Positions 10,901-19,970 of a stretch of 26,473 nucleotides of DNA are shown piece by piece. This DNA is from Bdellovibrionota bacterium (GTDB lineage: Bacteria > Bdellovibrionota_C > UBA2361 > OMIW01). The first letter of the stretch is position 1. Each line of letters begins with the position of its first letter. A program made the position numbers and the translations under genes. The notes beneath the pieces were generated by a model, which saw nothing but the letters and a program-made list of their open reading frames with translations, was not told where the DNA came from and did not search any database. The stretch is from positions 1 through 26,473 of the forward strand of contig JBIJBT010000035.1 in assembly GCA_044345055.1 (NCBI GenBank), given 5' to 3'.

Positions 10901-12128
10901 GCTCGTAATTCTCGATGAACAGGACGGTCGAGAGCGAGAGCGGCATCCACTCGTGTACGGGTCACGCCTCCATGTTCAGGCAGGCTCTTCAGTGCAATCA
11001 GGTCAATTACTGAGCGAATGGGACCCGTTTACCACCCCAATCTTGAGTGAGGTGGCGGGACGCGTTGAATGGGTCGATATAAATGAGCACACTTTGGAGG
11101 AACGTGCTGATGAACGCACGGGCTTCGTAGAGAAGGAAATAGTTCAAGCCAAGGATAGGACTAGCGATCTTCGGCCAAGGCTCGTTATCCACGGTGATGA
11201 GGGTGAAAGTAGGGTCTATAATCTCCCAGTAGGCGTACGTCTTACCGTCGAGCACAATAGCGATATTGATGCTGGAGATGTAATCGCTAAACGAGAGCGT
11301 GCGACGACAAAAACTAAGGACATTACTGGGGGTCTTCCTCGGGTTGTTGAGCTTTTCGAGGCCCGCAAGCCAAAGGATCCAGCAGTTGTTGCTGATGTTG
11401 ATGGCACCGTTGACTTTGGAGAGGATTCACGAGGGAAGAGAAGGATTATCGTATCGCCTGAATTTGGCGAGCCAAGGGAATATCTGGTAGCAAAAACCAA
11501 GCACATTGAGGTGCAAAAAGGTGATCGTGTTAAGGCTGGCGAGGCCCTCACCGACGGATCAATAAATCCGCACGACATACTTCGTATTGAGGGGGTCAAG
11601 TCGCTAGCGAGTTACTTAGTTGATGAAGTACAGGAAATCTATCGCTTGCAGGGCGTGAGAATTAACGACAAACATATAGAGGTGATTGTTCGCCAGATGT
11701 TACGCCGGGTTCGTATAGTTGATTTCGGAGATACTGATTTCCTTGTAGGGGACAGTGTCGAACGTTTCCGGGTCATTGAAGCGAATCAGGATATACTTGG
11801 ATCGGGAGGACGGCCAGCTGTCTACGAGCCGCTCCTTGTAGGTATCACGAAGGCATCTTTATCGACTGATTCATTTATTTCGGCTGCGAGCTTCCAAGAG
11901 ACGACAAAAGTGCTCACAGAAGCAGCAGTATCCGCGAAAGTAGATCCTCTCCGTGGTTTGAAGGAAAATGTAATTATGGGTCGGCTCATACCAGCGGGCT
12001 CTGGCATGGCGGAGTACGCTAATCGGCATGTGCAGGTTGACGGTAAAGTAATATCCGATACGCCGAAGCCGCGGGTGGATACGCGAATGACTCAGACAAC
12101 GATTGAAAGCTTGTCCGGGTTGCTGTAG
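7992..12128 (+). CDS. rpoC: DNA-directed RNA polymerase subunit beta'
   Basis: N-terminal Zn finger (CICG...CEKC), catalytic [10 protein letters not shown], bridge helix and trigger loop [21 protein letters not shown]. Confidence 0.99.
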   Translation: MDNLFSLFEKPKNPVSFTALKISLASPERIKGWSHGEVTKPETINYRTLKPERDGLFCAKIFGPVKDYECICGKYKRLRHRGVVCEKCGVEVIQSKVRRERIGHIDLACPVAHIWFLKSLPSRIGAVLDVSLRDLEKILYFESYIVTDPGESDLQAGELLTEKEYRTNRERFGSRFEAGMGADTILRLLKSIDVPKLSQELREELRNVTSEAKKKKLTKRLKVLSAFHQSGNKPEWMILTVIPVIPPDLRPLVPLDGGRFATSDLNDLYRRVINRNNRLKRLIELSAPDIIIRNEKRMLQESVDALFDNGRRGRTITGPNKRPLKSLSDMLKGKGGRFRQNLLGKRVDYSGRSVIVVGPELRLHQCGLPKKMALELFKPFIYSKLEERGYVTTIKSAKKMVEAEKSVVWDILDDVIKEHPVLLNRAPTLHRLGIQAFEPLLIEGKAIQLHPLVCSAFNADFDGDQMAVHVPLSIEAQVESRVLMMSTNNILNPANGKPVIVPSQDIVLGLYYMTRERPFSRGEGRIFANMDEVWLAWESREVELQAAIKCRVEGSIVDTTVGRVLLCHFCPPETLPFKHFNKVMKKKEISNLIDECFRLCGNKATVLLADKLKDVGYRFATIAGISIGIADMVIPETKQQLLDDADRKVAEIFGQYQEGLITAGEHYNKVVDIWSDVTDRVADDAMQRISSATFTDEATGSTRKGPSFNSVYIMADSGARGSPAQIRQVAGMRGLFAKPDGSIIEQPIKANLREGLTVLQYFVSTHGARKGLADTALKTANSGYLTRRLVDVAQDCIVTEYDCGTTDSTEIFALIEGGEEIEPLSSRILGRVAGEDVRDPISGEVLVERNQEIDEDRCAKITASGLDRVQIRSVLSCESRVGVCALCYGRDLARGHLVNIGEAVGVIAAQSIGEPGTQLTMRTFHIGGAASGRAEQTSLEARYAGVVRLEEVKFATRRDGGMIVMTRKGELVILDEQDGRERERHPLVYGSRLHVQAGSSVQSGQLLSEWDPFTTPILSEVAGRVEWVDINEHTLEERADERTGFVEKEIVQAKDRTSDLRPRLVIHGDEGESRVYNLPVGVRLTVEHNSDIDAGDVIAKRERATTKTKDITGGLPRVVELFEARKPKDPAVVADVDGTVDFGEDSRGKRRIIVSPEFGEPREYLVAKTKHIEVQKGDRVKAGEALTDGSINPHDILRIEGVKSLASYLVDEVQEIYRLQGVRINDKHIEVIVRQMLRRVRIVDFGDTDFLVGDSVERFRVIEANQDILGSGGRPAVYEPLLVGITKASLSTDSFISAASFQETTKVLTEAAVSAKVDPLRGLKENVIMGRLIPAGSGMAEYANRHVQVDGKVISDTPKPRVDTRMTQTTIESLSGLL

Positions 12129-13104
12129 GCGACGGAATCTGTAGGAGCCCTTCGGATCAGTTCCGGAAATTAGATGGAACTTAGCAGGGTAGGAAAGATT
12201 GATTCCGTCGTGAGCATTTTGGGAGTTTTGACGAAACGAGGAGGTGTTGACAAAAAAACCGCAAACGTTACTCCTAAGATACGTTGAGGATTTTTCGTTG
12301 ACGCCGACGAAGGTGCAGTCAAGCTATCAAAGTTCGCAACAGAAAATAATTTTCACCACCTTGTTTGGGCTTTATAGTAAGGTAGGAAAAAATAAAGTCG
12401 TAACCACTGGCACATGCTAGTCATATTAGTCTCTAAGCCGCCACAGCACCATTGCGCTTCAACGCTCTCCGTTGCGCCTACTTAATGGTCGGTGCTTGCC
12501 GCGATGTCCCCTGACTCAGTCGACTGTGTTCGGTTGACAAATCAACAAAACAGGCCAAAGACGATGGTGAGACGCAGGAAGCATAGGGGATGAACGATTC
12601 GTATCAAATGCTCCGACCAGATTTCTAGGGATTCAATTGATCATCACCTGCCTTCCAACGAAGCTCGCACCCTCCCGCTGTCATGCGGCTAGAGAAACTG
12701 TGCTAAGCAGCCAGTGACAGCTGTGGTCAATGAAACCTATAACTCAACCACTATATTTTTTTCAGTCTCACTCACGACGTTGTTGAAAACGAGAAAGTTG
12801 TTCGGTATGTACCGTGAAACAATGAAAAAGGGACTCTGATCAGAAATCGATTCGCTGCATTGCGTCTCTTTCGCTCTTGATAGCCCAGATTAGTCAGACC
12901 TCCTCCTAAGATTCAAAATCTGCACAATTTATTCTGATTGAAGGCCAATCTGGTTAGTCCATCTTACAGTGACTGACCTAATCCTCAAATATATCAGACT
13001 GTTAATAACTGTGAGAGAAAATATCGACCGCCGCTAACAGGAGAGATTTTACTCGGAGTTCACGGTGGAATTTCACAAATATTTGAAAATCAGCCTTGAG
13101 GGGC

Positions 13105-13134
13105 TTGACGCAATTAAAAAAAAAGGGCATAAAT
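13105..13134 (+). promoter_or_regulatory. Possible sigma70-type promoter for the str operon
   Basis: TTGACG (13105-13110), 17-nt spacer, CATAAA(T), then GC-rich CACGTCGC resembling a discriminator, with AT-rich sequence upstream. The -10 element is imperfect. Confidence 0.3.
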
Positions 13135-13420
13135 CACGTCGCTCAAGGGCATACAACCGATTGATAGAAGTTAAAAGCTTCCTAACTGGGATGCGCTGCT
13201 TATACCCGTAGGCAACATCCAATGGTTCTGCCACCAACTTAAAGACCGGTCATCTGACAAATCAGGGGTCGCGTCTGTCCGGGAAAATCTGAGACCAGTT
13301 TTTCTGTTATCAAGTTTAAGAGTGTCGCTCCGGATTGGCTGACATTTAAAGCTCCCGCATAGGTCTGGAGTAAAAAAGTTACCGGAGACATGTGTTCCCG
13401 GTAAAATTACTGTAACGTTT

Positions 13421-13442
13421 GGGCGTTTCGCGCCCTGTTTTT
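13421..13442 (+). terminator. Terminator-like hairpin immediately upstream of the rpsL SD
   Basis: GGGCG-TTTCG-CGCCC followed by TGTTTTT, then GGAG (13443-13446) and ATG 13453. Confidence 0.4.
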
Positions 13443-13452
13443 GGAGTCTGGT

Positions 13453-13824
13453 ATGCCAACTATTAACCAGCTAGTGAGGAAAAGGCGAGTGGTAAAGGCT
13501 TGGAAGACTAAATCTCCAGCTTTAGTGTCTTGTCCTCAGAAAAGGGGTGTATGTACAAGAGTCTACACGCAAACTCCTAAGAAGCCAAACTCAGCTCTGC
13601 GAAAAGTTGCTCGTGTTCGGTTAACGACCGGGATGGAAGTAACTTCATACATACCAGGTGTTGGACATAATTTGCAGGAACACTCTGTTGTCTTGATACG
13701 TGGTGGGCGGGTTAAGGACCTTCCAGGGGTCCGATACCATATTGTCCGTGGAAAACTTGAGGCGCACGGTGTTCAAAACCGTCGTAAGTCAAGGTCGAAG
13801 TATGGGGCGAAGCGTCCGAAGTAG
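13453..13824 (+). CDS. rpsL: 30S ribosomal protein S12
   Basis: MPTINQLVR start, [11 protein letters not shown] and [10 protein letters not shown] motifs. GGAG SD. Confidence 0.99.
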   Translation: MPTINQLVRKRRVVKAWKTKSPALVSCPQKRGVCTRVYTQTPKKPNSALRKVARVRLTTGMEVTSYIPGVGHNLQEHSVVLIRGGRVKDLPGVRYHIVRGKLEAHGVQNRRKSRSKYGAKRPK

Positions 13825-13901
13825 ATCACAAAAAGAATTTCGGTATCTGTCGATTGTACCGGATACCTGTATTTGAAGACATTACGGCCAAGAGAAATTT
13901 T

Positions 13902-14375
13902 ATGTCGAGAAAAAAAAGAGATTTTGAACGCGAAGTACTTCCTGACCCCAAATATGGTAGTGTGATCATTTCTAAGACGGTCAATGCCATTATGGAAAGT
14001 GGTAAAAAAGGTGTAGCAGAGAGAGCTCTGTACGAGGCGCTCGATAGGATTTCCCAGAAAGTCCCGAACTCTGATCCCGTCCAGATATTCTCGGCCGCTC
14101 TTTCAAATATACGTCCTATTGTTGAGGTTCGGTCGCGGCGAGTTGGTGGGGCTACATATCAAGTTCCGACTGATGTTCGGGCCGCTCGCGCTCAGTCGTT
14201 AGCGCTCCGGTGGCTTATATCGGCCGCAAATAGCAGGAGTGAGCGAACCCTGTCCGAGCGGCTAGCAAATGAGCTGCTAGATGCTAGTAATAGTCGTGGC
14301 GCTGCTGTCAAGAAAAGAGAAGACACTCATAGGATGGCTGAAGCTAATAAAGCTTTTGCCCATTTTCGATGGTAG
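13902..14375 (+). CDS. rpsG: 30S ribosomal protein S7
   Basis: [21 protein letters not shown] and [15 protein letters not shown] motifs. Start moved to ATG 13902 (MSRKK). Confidence 0.98.
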   Translation: MSRKKRDFEREVLPDPKYGSVIISKTVNAIMESGKKGVAERALYEALDRISQKVPNSDPVQIFSAALSNIRPIVEVRSRRVGGATYQVPTDVRAARAQSLALRWLISAANSRSERTLSERLANELLDASNSRGAAVKKREDTHRMAEANKAFAHFRW

Positions 14376-14456
14376 GTTGGGCTAAGGCCGGTTGGGGCTG
14401 GCCTTGTCTCGGGAAAAAACAGAATTTAGAGTTTGCTTGGTACATAGGAAAAAGTC

Positions 14457-16565
14457 GTGGCAAAGATAGATCTAGCGAAGACCCGAAATATTGGAATAAT
14501 GGCGCATATTGATGCCGGTAAGACCACTACGACTGAAAGAATTCTCTTTTATACAGGTATTAATTACAAGATAGGCGAAGTTCATGAGGGTGCAGCAACC
14601 ATGGATTACATGGAGCTGGAGCAAGAGCGCGGTATCACAATCACAGCAGCTGCAACAACCTGTGAATGGTCCGGTTCTATGGGTGACAAGCCTACTCATC
14701 GGATTAATATTATCGATACTCCCGGCCACGTCGACTTTACTATAGAAGTTGAACGAAGTTTACGAGTCCTCGATGGTGCGGTAGCAGTGTTCGACGGTGT
14801 GAGCGGAGTAGAGCCACAGTCGGAGACTGTTTGGAGACAGGCGAATAAATTTCGTGTTCCTCGGTTCTGCTTTGTCAATAAGATGGACCGAATGGGCGCC
14901 AATTTCGAGAAGTGTGTTGCTGCGATCAGGGATAGGCTTGGAGCTAATGGAGTTCCGATCCAGATTCCGATTGGTGCGGAAGCAGAGTTTCTGGGCGTTA
15001 TAGACTTGATCTCCATGAGCGCCGTTGTCTATCTAGATGAATCTAAGGGCGCCCGATTTGAGCAGCGTGAAATTCCGGAAGATCTGAGGAAGGATGCTAT
15101 CAAGGCTAGGGAGCGGATGCTCGAAAGCCTTGCTGATGTCGACGATAAGATAATGGAGAAGTATCTAGCAGGGGAAGAGATTTCGGAGTCGGAGATTCGG
15201 TCCGCGCTCCGGAGAGGTACTCTTTCTATGCAATTGTTCCCAATCCTGTGCGGAAGCGCCTTCAAGAATAAGGGTGTTCAGCCTCTTCTTGACGCAGTAA
15301 TTGAGTTTCTACCATCACCACTTGATATTCCTCCAGTCGAAGGTATTTCACCTGACGATGCTAACAAGCCGCCTGAGACCGTTGAGAAGATTATTAGGAA
15401 TGCTGACGCCTCTGAGCCTTTCTCCGCATTAGCATTTAAGATCGTGAGCGATCCGTATGTGGGAGGTCTAACCTTCTTCAGAGTTTACTCTGGGACGATA
15501 GCTGCCGGTACTACGATTCTGAATTCACGCCGAGGTAAGAGGGAAAGAATCGGCAGAATCGTAAAAATGCATGCTGATAAGCGAGAAGAAGTAAAGGAGC
15601 TGTCGGCTGGGGATATCGGTGCTGCGGTAGGTCTGAAAGAGACTTACACAGGTGATACACTGACTGAAGAAGGTTCACCCATACTTCTCGAGTCGATACA
15701 CGCTCCTGAGCCTGTCATTAGTATCGCGATCGAGCCAAAGACAAAGGCTGACGAAGAGAAGATGGGTTTGTCTTTAATGAAGTTGGCGAAAGAAGACCCT
15801 TCTCTGAAAGTATTTACTGATGAGGAATCTGGACAAACGATTATCGCTGGAATGGGAGAGCTCCATCTCGATATTATTCAGCAGCGTCTCCTCCGTGAGT
15901 ATGGAGTGGATACAAAAGCCGGTAAGCCTCAGGTTGCATATCGTGAGACGATCACTCAAGAAGTTGAGCACGAGGTTAAGTACGCTAAGCAGTCAGGCGG
16001 AAAGGGTCAGTTTGGCCACGTATTCTTAAGGGTAATGCCGCTTGAAGCTGGTAAAGGGAACGAGTTTCACGATGAGATTAAAGGCGGGGTAATACCGAAG
16101 GAGTACATACCAGCAGTCGAGAAGGGTGTGAAGGAAGCCCTTGGAGGCGGTATTCTTGCAGGATTCCCCGTCATAGATACTAAGGTAGTTCTTTACTTTG
16201 GTAGCTTCCACGAGGTTGACTCGAGTGAAATTGCGTTTAAGATTGCCGGGTCGATGTGTGTTAAGGAAGCTTGCCGAAAGGCTGGGCCGCAATTACTTGA
16301 ACCGATCATGTCAGTCGAAGTTGTCTGCCCAGACGAGTTCGTTAGTAATATCGTCGGTGACATTAATAGACGACGGTCTAGGATATTGGGAATGGAGCCT
16401 CGGTCCGGTGCTCAGGCAGTAAAGGCAGAGGTTCCTCTTGCCGAGATGTTTGGGTATTCAACCGATCTTCGTTCCAGTTCACAGGGTCGGGCGACATTTA
16501 CGATGGAGTACCACCATTATGCGCCGGTACCGAATCACGTTGCTGAATCGATAATTAAGAAGTGA
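14457..16565 (+). CDS. fusA: Elongation factor G
   Basis: [23 protein letters not shown] and NKMD GTPase motifs. 702 aa, GTG start, str-operon position. Confidence 0.99.
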   Translation: MAKIDLAKTRNIGIMAHIDAGKTTTTERILFYTGINYKIGEVHEGAATMDYMELEQERGITITAAATTCEWSGSMGDKPTHRINIIDTPGHVDFTIEVERSLRVLDGAVAVFDGVSGVEPQSETVWRQANKFRVPRFCFVNKMDRMGANFEKCVAAIRDRLGANGVPIQIPIGAEAEFLGVIDLISMSAVVYLDESKGARFEQREIPEDLRKDAIKARERMLESLADVDDKIMEKYLAGEEISESEIRSALRRGTLSMQLFPILCGSAFKNKGVQPLLDAVIEFLPSPLDIPPVEGISPDDANKPPETVEKIIRNADASEPFSALAFKIVSDPYVGGLTFFRVYSGTIAAGTTILNSRRGKRERIGRIVKMHADKREEVKELSAGDIGAAVGLKETYTGDTLTEEGSPILLESIHAPEPVISIAIEPKTKADEEKMGLSLMKLAKEDPSLKVFTDEESGQTIIAGMGELHLDIIQQRLLREYGVDTKAGKPQVAYRETITQEVEHEVKYAKQSGGKGQFGHVFLRVMPLEAGKGNEFHDEIKGGVIPKEYIPAVEKGVKEALGGGILAGFPVIDTKVVLYFGSFHEVDSSEIAFKIAGSMCVKEACRKAGPQLLEPIMSVEVVCPDEFVSNIVGDINRRRSRILGMEPRSGAQAVKAEVPLAEMFGYSTDLRSSSQGRATFTMEYHHYAPVPNHVAESIIKK

Positions 16566-16623
16566 TTGAATGTCTGTTTAGAAGAGCAGTTCATAAAATT
16601 AATTAAGTTGCAGGGAGAATCCT

Positions 16624-17820
16624 ATGTCAAAAGCTAAATTCGAAAGAACAAAAGATCACGTTAACGTTGGAACAATAGGACACGTTGACCACGGAAAGAC
16701 AACATTAACTGCTGCTCTTGTTAAGGTCCAAGCAGAGAAGGCTCTCGCGAAGGCGAAGAGCTATGCCGATATCGCGAAGGGCGGTACGGTTCGTGATGCC
16801 ACCAAGACAGTAACGATTGCGAGCGCGCACGTTGAGTACGAGACCGCTAACCGTCACTACGCTCACGTTGACTGTCCAGGACATGCTGACTACGTAAAAA
16901 ATATGATTACCGGTGCCGCTCAGATGGACGGCGCTATTCTCGTTGTTAGTGCGGCTGATGGTCCTATGCCACAGACGCGAGAGCACATTCTTCTCGCACG
17001 TCAGGTAGGAGTCCCGAAGATTGTAGTATTCTTGAATAAAGTTGACATCGTCGACGATGAGGAGCTACTTGAGTTAGTTGAGATGGAGGTTCGCGACCTG
17101 CTCAATAAGTATGACTTTCCAGGGGATGATACTCCAATAATCAGAGGTAGCGCCTTAAAGGCCCTGAATCTCGAAGAAGGCGAATTGGGTAAGGGTTGTA
17201 TCGACAAGTTGCTTGCGACAATCGACGACTACATCCCAGTGCCTGAACGAGAAGTCGATAAGACCTTCCTGATGTCAGTCGAAGATGTTTTCTCGATAGC
17301 TGGTCGCGGAACGGTGGCAACTGGTCGTATCGAGCGCGGTAAGGTCAAGGTCGGTGAGGAAGTCGAGATCGTCGGTCTACGGCCGACGGTAAAGACCACT
17401 GTCACTGGCGTTGAGATGTTCAATAAATCGATGGAAGAGGGGTTCGCAGGTGATAACGTTGGTTGTCTGCTAAGAGGCCTCAAGCGGGACGATATCGAAC
17501 GCGGGCAAGTTCTTGCAAAGACCGGTAGCATCAAGCCGCATACCCGGTTTAAGGCAGAGGCTTACATTCTAAAGAAGGAAGAGGGTGGTCGTCATAAGCC
17601 ATTCTTCTCCGGTTATCGGCCTCAATTCTACTTCAGAACTACTGACGTTACTGGAAGTATAAAGTTACCCGAGGGTGTAGAGATGGCGATGCCAGGTGAT
17701 CACATCAATATTGACGTTGAGCTAGCACAGCCCATCGCTATGGAACGTGGTGTACGTTTCGCCATTAGAGAAGGTGGTCGTACGGTTGGTTCAGGCGTGG
17801 TAACTGAAATTATTGAATAG
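16624..17820 (+). CDS. tuf: Elongation factor Tu (non-canonical switch I)
   Basis: [34 protein letters not shown] and [11 protein letters not shown] motifs. Confidence 0.99.
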   Translation: MSKAKFERTKDHVNVGTIGHVDHGKTTLTAALVKVQAEKALAKAKSYADIAKGGTVRDATKTVTIASAHVEYETANRHYAHVDCPGHADYVKNMITGAAQMDGAILVVSAADGPMPQTREHILLARQVGVPKIVVFLNKVDIVDDEELLELVEMEVRDLLNKYDFPGDDTPIIRGSALKALNLEEGELGKGCIDKLLATIDDYIPVPEREVDKTFLMSVEDVFSIAGRGTVATGRIERGKVKVGEEVEIVGLRPTVKTTVTGVEMFNKSMEEGFAGDNVGCLLRGLKRDDIERGQVLAKTGSIKPHTRFKAEAYILKKEEGGRHKPFFSGYRPQFYFRTTDVTGSIKLPEGVEMAMPGDHINIDVELAQPIAMERGVRFAIREGGRTVGSGVVTEIIE

Positions 17821-17848
17821 CATCACTTCGGTTAGAATCCAAAGTAAC

Positions 17849-17868
17849 GCCCAGAGGCCTCTCTGGGC
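17849..17868 (+). other. Perfect 8-bp stem-loop in the tuf-rpsJ spacer
   Basis: GCCCAGAG-GCCT-CTCTGGGC followed by ACTATATTT. Function unknown (attenuator or mRNA 3' protector). Confidence 0.55.
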
Positions 17869-17890
17869 ACTATATTTAAGGAAAGACATG

Positions 17891-18205
17891 ATGGTCGGAA
17901 GTCAACAGATGAGGGTGAGGTTGAAGGGTTTCGACCACTCTCTCCTTGATACTGCAGTAGCTGAGATTGTAACTATCGTCCGACGAACCGGCGGGAGGGT
18001 CGCAGGTCCGATCCCTTTGCCTACTCGGACTATTAAATATACCGTCCAGCGCTCCACATTTGCAGATAAAAAGTCGAGAGAGCAGTTTGAGTTGAGGATT
18101 CACAAGAGGCTGATCGACATACTCGAGCCAACACTGCAAACGCTTGATGAGTTGGGTAAACTTGAGCTTTCCACCGGTATCGACGTCGAAATTAAGCTCC
18201 ATTAG
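17891..18205 (+). CDS. rpsJ: 30S ribosomal protein S10 (NusE)
   Basis: [16 protein letters not shown] and [16 protein letters not shown] motifs. Start is ATG 17891 or 17888 after AAGGA. Confidence 0.97.
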   Translation: MVGSQQMRVRLKGFDHSLLDTAVAEIVTIVRRTGGRVAGPIPLPTRTIKYTVQRSTFADKKSREQFELRIHKRLIDILEPTLQTLDELGKLELSTGIDVEIKLH

Positions 18206-18288
18206 TGCGACTTCATGGCAAAATTCCCCAACCGAGGGGCTCCCGAAGTTCTTGTGTGTATAAAGAGTATCAAAAAGGAGAAGGTCAA

Positions 18289-18960
18289 ATGACGACCGAA
18301 AAGAAATACCCGAAAGGGCTCCTAGGGGTAAAGGTCGGGATGACCCAAGTTTTTACCTCTCAAGGGGAAGCAGTTCCAGTTACTGTGATTCAAACTGGTC
18401 CATGCTACGTACTCCAAATCATCGAAAAGGCTCGTGAGGGCTACGACGCCGTTAAGCTGGGTTTCGTTTCCAAGAAGTCATCTCGTGTTAACAAGCCTGA
18501 GACTGGGCTGTTCACTAAGGTCGGGTCCGGTTCCTTCCAGCATGTCCAAGAGATCCGCTGCCAACCTAAGGAGCTCGGCTGGGATTCCGTGGGTGCAGAG
18601 ATTCGAGTTGGGGATGTATTTAGTGATGGTGACTATGTCGATGTTTCAGGGACTTCCGTAGGGAAGGGTTTCCAGGGTGTCGTTCGGCGTTTTCACACAA
18701 AGGGTCAACCGGCTACTCGTGGTACGCACGAATATCGGAGGCATATCGGTTCCGTTGGGTGCCGTAAGTTCCCAGGGAGGATTTTCAAGAATAAGAAGAT
18801 GCCGGGAAGAATGGGCGGAGCATCAGTTACCCTCCAGAATTTGCAGGTGGTAGGTGTTAATGCTGACCAAAATCTTTTGTTAGTTAAGGGTGGAGTTCCC
18901 GGCTCAAAAGGTGGTCTCGTCGTGATTAAGAAGGCAATAAAACGCACTGCCACTGTCTAG
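18289..18960 (+). CDS. rplC: 50S ribosomal protein L3
   Basis: GLLGVKVGMTQVF, VDVSGTSVGKGFQG and KKMPGRMG motifs. AGGAG upstream of ATG 18289. Confidence 0.98.
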   Translation: MTTEKKYPKGLLGVKVGMTQVFTSQGEAVPVTVIQTGPCYVLQIIEKAREGYDAVKLGFVSKKSSRVNKPETGLFTKVGSGSFQHVQEIRCQPKELGWDSVGAEIRVGDVFSDGDYVDVSGTSVGKGFQGVVRRFHTKGQPATRGTHEYRRHIGSVGCRKFPGRIFKNKKMPGRMGGASVTLQNLQVVGVNADQNLLLVKGGVPGSKGGLVVIKKAIKRTATV

Positions 18961-18995
18961 TCTAAAGACAGGTATAGTCTCTATTGAGAGGAATT

Positions 18996-19670
18996 ATGTC
19001 AAAAGTGTTGTACCAGCTTGTTGATAGCTTGGGCAGTAATATTGGTTCGGTCGAGCTGTCTGGTCGAATTTTTGCCGGGCCAAAGTCGCAGGTGGCGGTT
19101 CATTCGACCGTTGTATGGCAGCTATCCAAGAGGCGTGCTGGGACTCACAGCGCACTCGAACGAAGCGCCATGAAAGGCGGTGGAAAAAAACCCTTCAGGC
19201 AAAAAGGAACGGGCAGAGCTCGGGCTGGATCGTCAGTGTCTCCCCTGTGGGTAGGTGGTGCCGTTGTTCACGGGCCGAGGCCGCGTTCCTACGAAAAGGG
19301 GTTGAACAAGAAAGTCCGTGCTTCAGCTCTGGCGTCAGTTCTCACTGATTTAGTTGAGTCGAAGAGGCTAACTTTAGTTGATACTCTTGAATCGTGTAAG
19401 GGTAAGGCGCGAGAGGGGGCTGTTCTTTTGAAGGGCGTCGGTTGCTCTGGCACAACTCTAGTTGTACTCGCTGCAGATGAGCTTAAGGCTGCACTCTGTT
19501 TTCGGAATTTAAAGGGTGTTACGGTCCTTCCAGTTGGTGGTCTCAATGTTTATGACGTAGTGCGTAGTAAACATGTTATTATGTCGAGAGCCGCGGTCGA
19601 AGCTGTAGAGATTGGACTCGAGAAAAGATTAAATGTTCGTTCGGAGGTGGTGAGCAATGTCGGTCAATGA
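18996..19670 (+). CDS. rplD: 50S ribosomal protein L4
   Basis: GGGKKPFRQKGTGRARAGS and GGAVVHGPRPRSY motifs. GAGG upstream of ATG 18996. Confidence 0.97.
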   Translation: MSKVLYQLVDSLGSNIGSVELSGRIFAGPKSQVAVHSTVVWQLSKRRAGTHSALERSAMKGGGKKPFRQKGTGRARAGSSVSPLWVGGAVVHGPRPRSYEKGLNKKVRASALASVLTDLVESKRLTLVDTLESCKGKAREGAVLLKGVGCSGTTLVVLAADELKAALCFRNLKGVTVLPVGGLNVYDVVRSKHVIMSRAAVEAVEIGLEKRLNVRSEVVSNVGQ

Positions 19671-19968
19671 CGAGTCGGGTCGCGGCGCTTCGTCGCAGCA
19701 CTACAACATAATTAAGAAGCCAATACTAACCGAAAAAGGGGCCAACTTAGGAGTCCTAACACTTGCGGTGGATCCTAGGGCGTCAAAGTCTGCGATCCGA
19801 GAGGCGGTTGAACGCGTCTTTCAAGTCAAGGTAACAGGAGTCCGGACGGCAAATTATACCGGGAAGCCAAAACGTGTTGGTCGCTCAGTTGGTCGTCGGT
19901 CTGGTTATAAGAAGGCCTACGTGAGTCTGGCTGAAGGGTCTGAAATTAATATTCTGGAAGGGGTATAG
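19657..19968 (+). CDS. rplW: 50S ribosomal protein L23
   Basis: [19 protein letters not shown] and YKKAYVSL motifs. Overlaps rplD by 14 nt. GGAGGT SD. Confidence 0.96.
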   Translation: MSVNDESGRGASSQHYNIIKKPILTEKGANLGVLTLAVDPRASKSAIREAVERVFQVKVTGVRTANYTGKPKRVGRSVGRRSGYKKAYVSLAEGSEINILEGV

Positions 19969-19970
19969 GT

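Noticed and set aside
12247..12539. TTGACA/TTGACG hexamers at 12247, 12298 and 12534 as promoters
   Set aside because: No acceptable -10 element at 16-18 nt spacing.
12773..12908. Minus-strand AGGAGGAGG (complement of CCTCCTCCT near 12899-12907) as SD of a hidden gene
   Set aside because: Only a CTG start at usable spacing, giving a frame of about 38 codons; the nearest ATG frame is 6 codons.
781..12912. Short shared words: CTGATCAGAAA at 788 and 12836, CTCCTAAGAT at 12271 and 12903
   Set aside because: Pairs of 10-11-mers are expected by chance at this scale and the flanks are not collinear. No repeat-spacer periodicity, so not CRISPR.
13570..13730. Streptomycin-resistance substitutions in S12
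   Set aside because: TPKKPNS and RVKDLPG are wild type.
8628..13917. A8 runs in rpoC (near 8628) and rpsG (near 13910) as frameshift sites
   Set aside because: They encode Lys/Arg runs in intact full-length frames, with no meaningful alternate-frame product.
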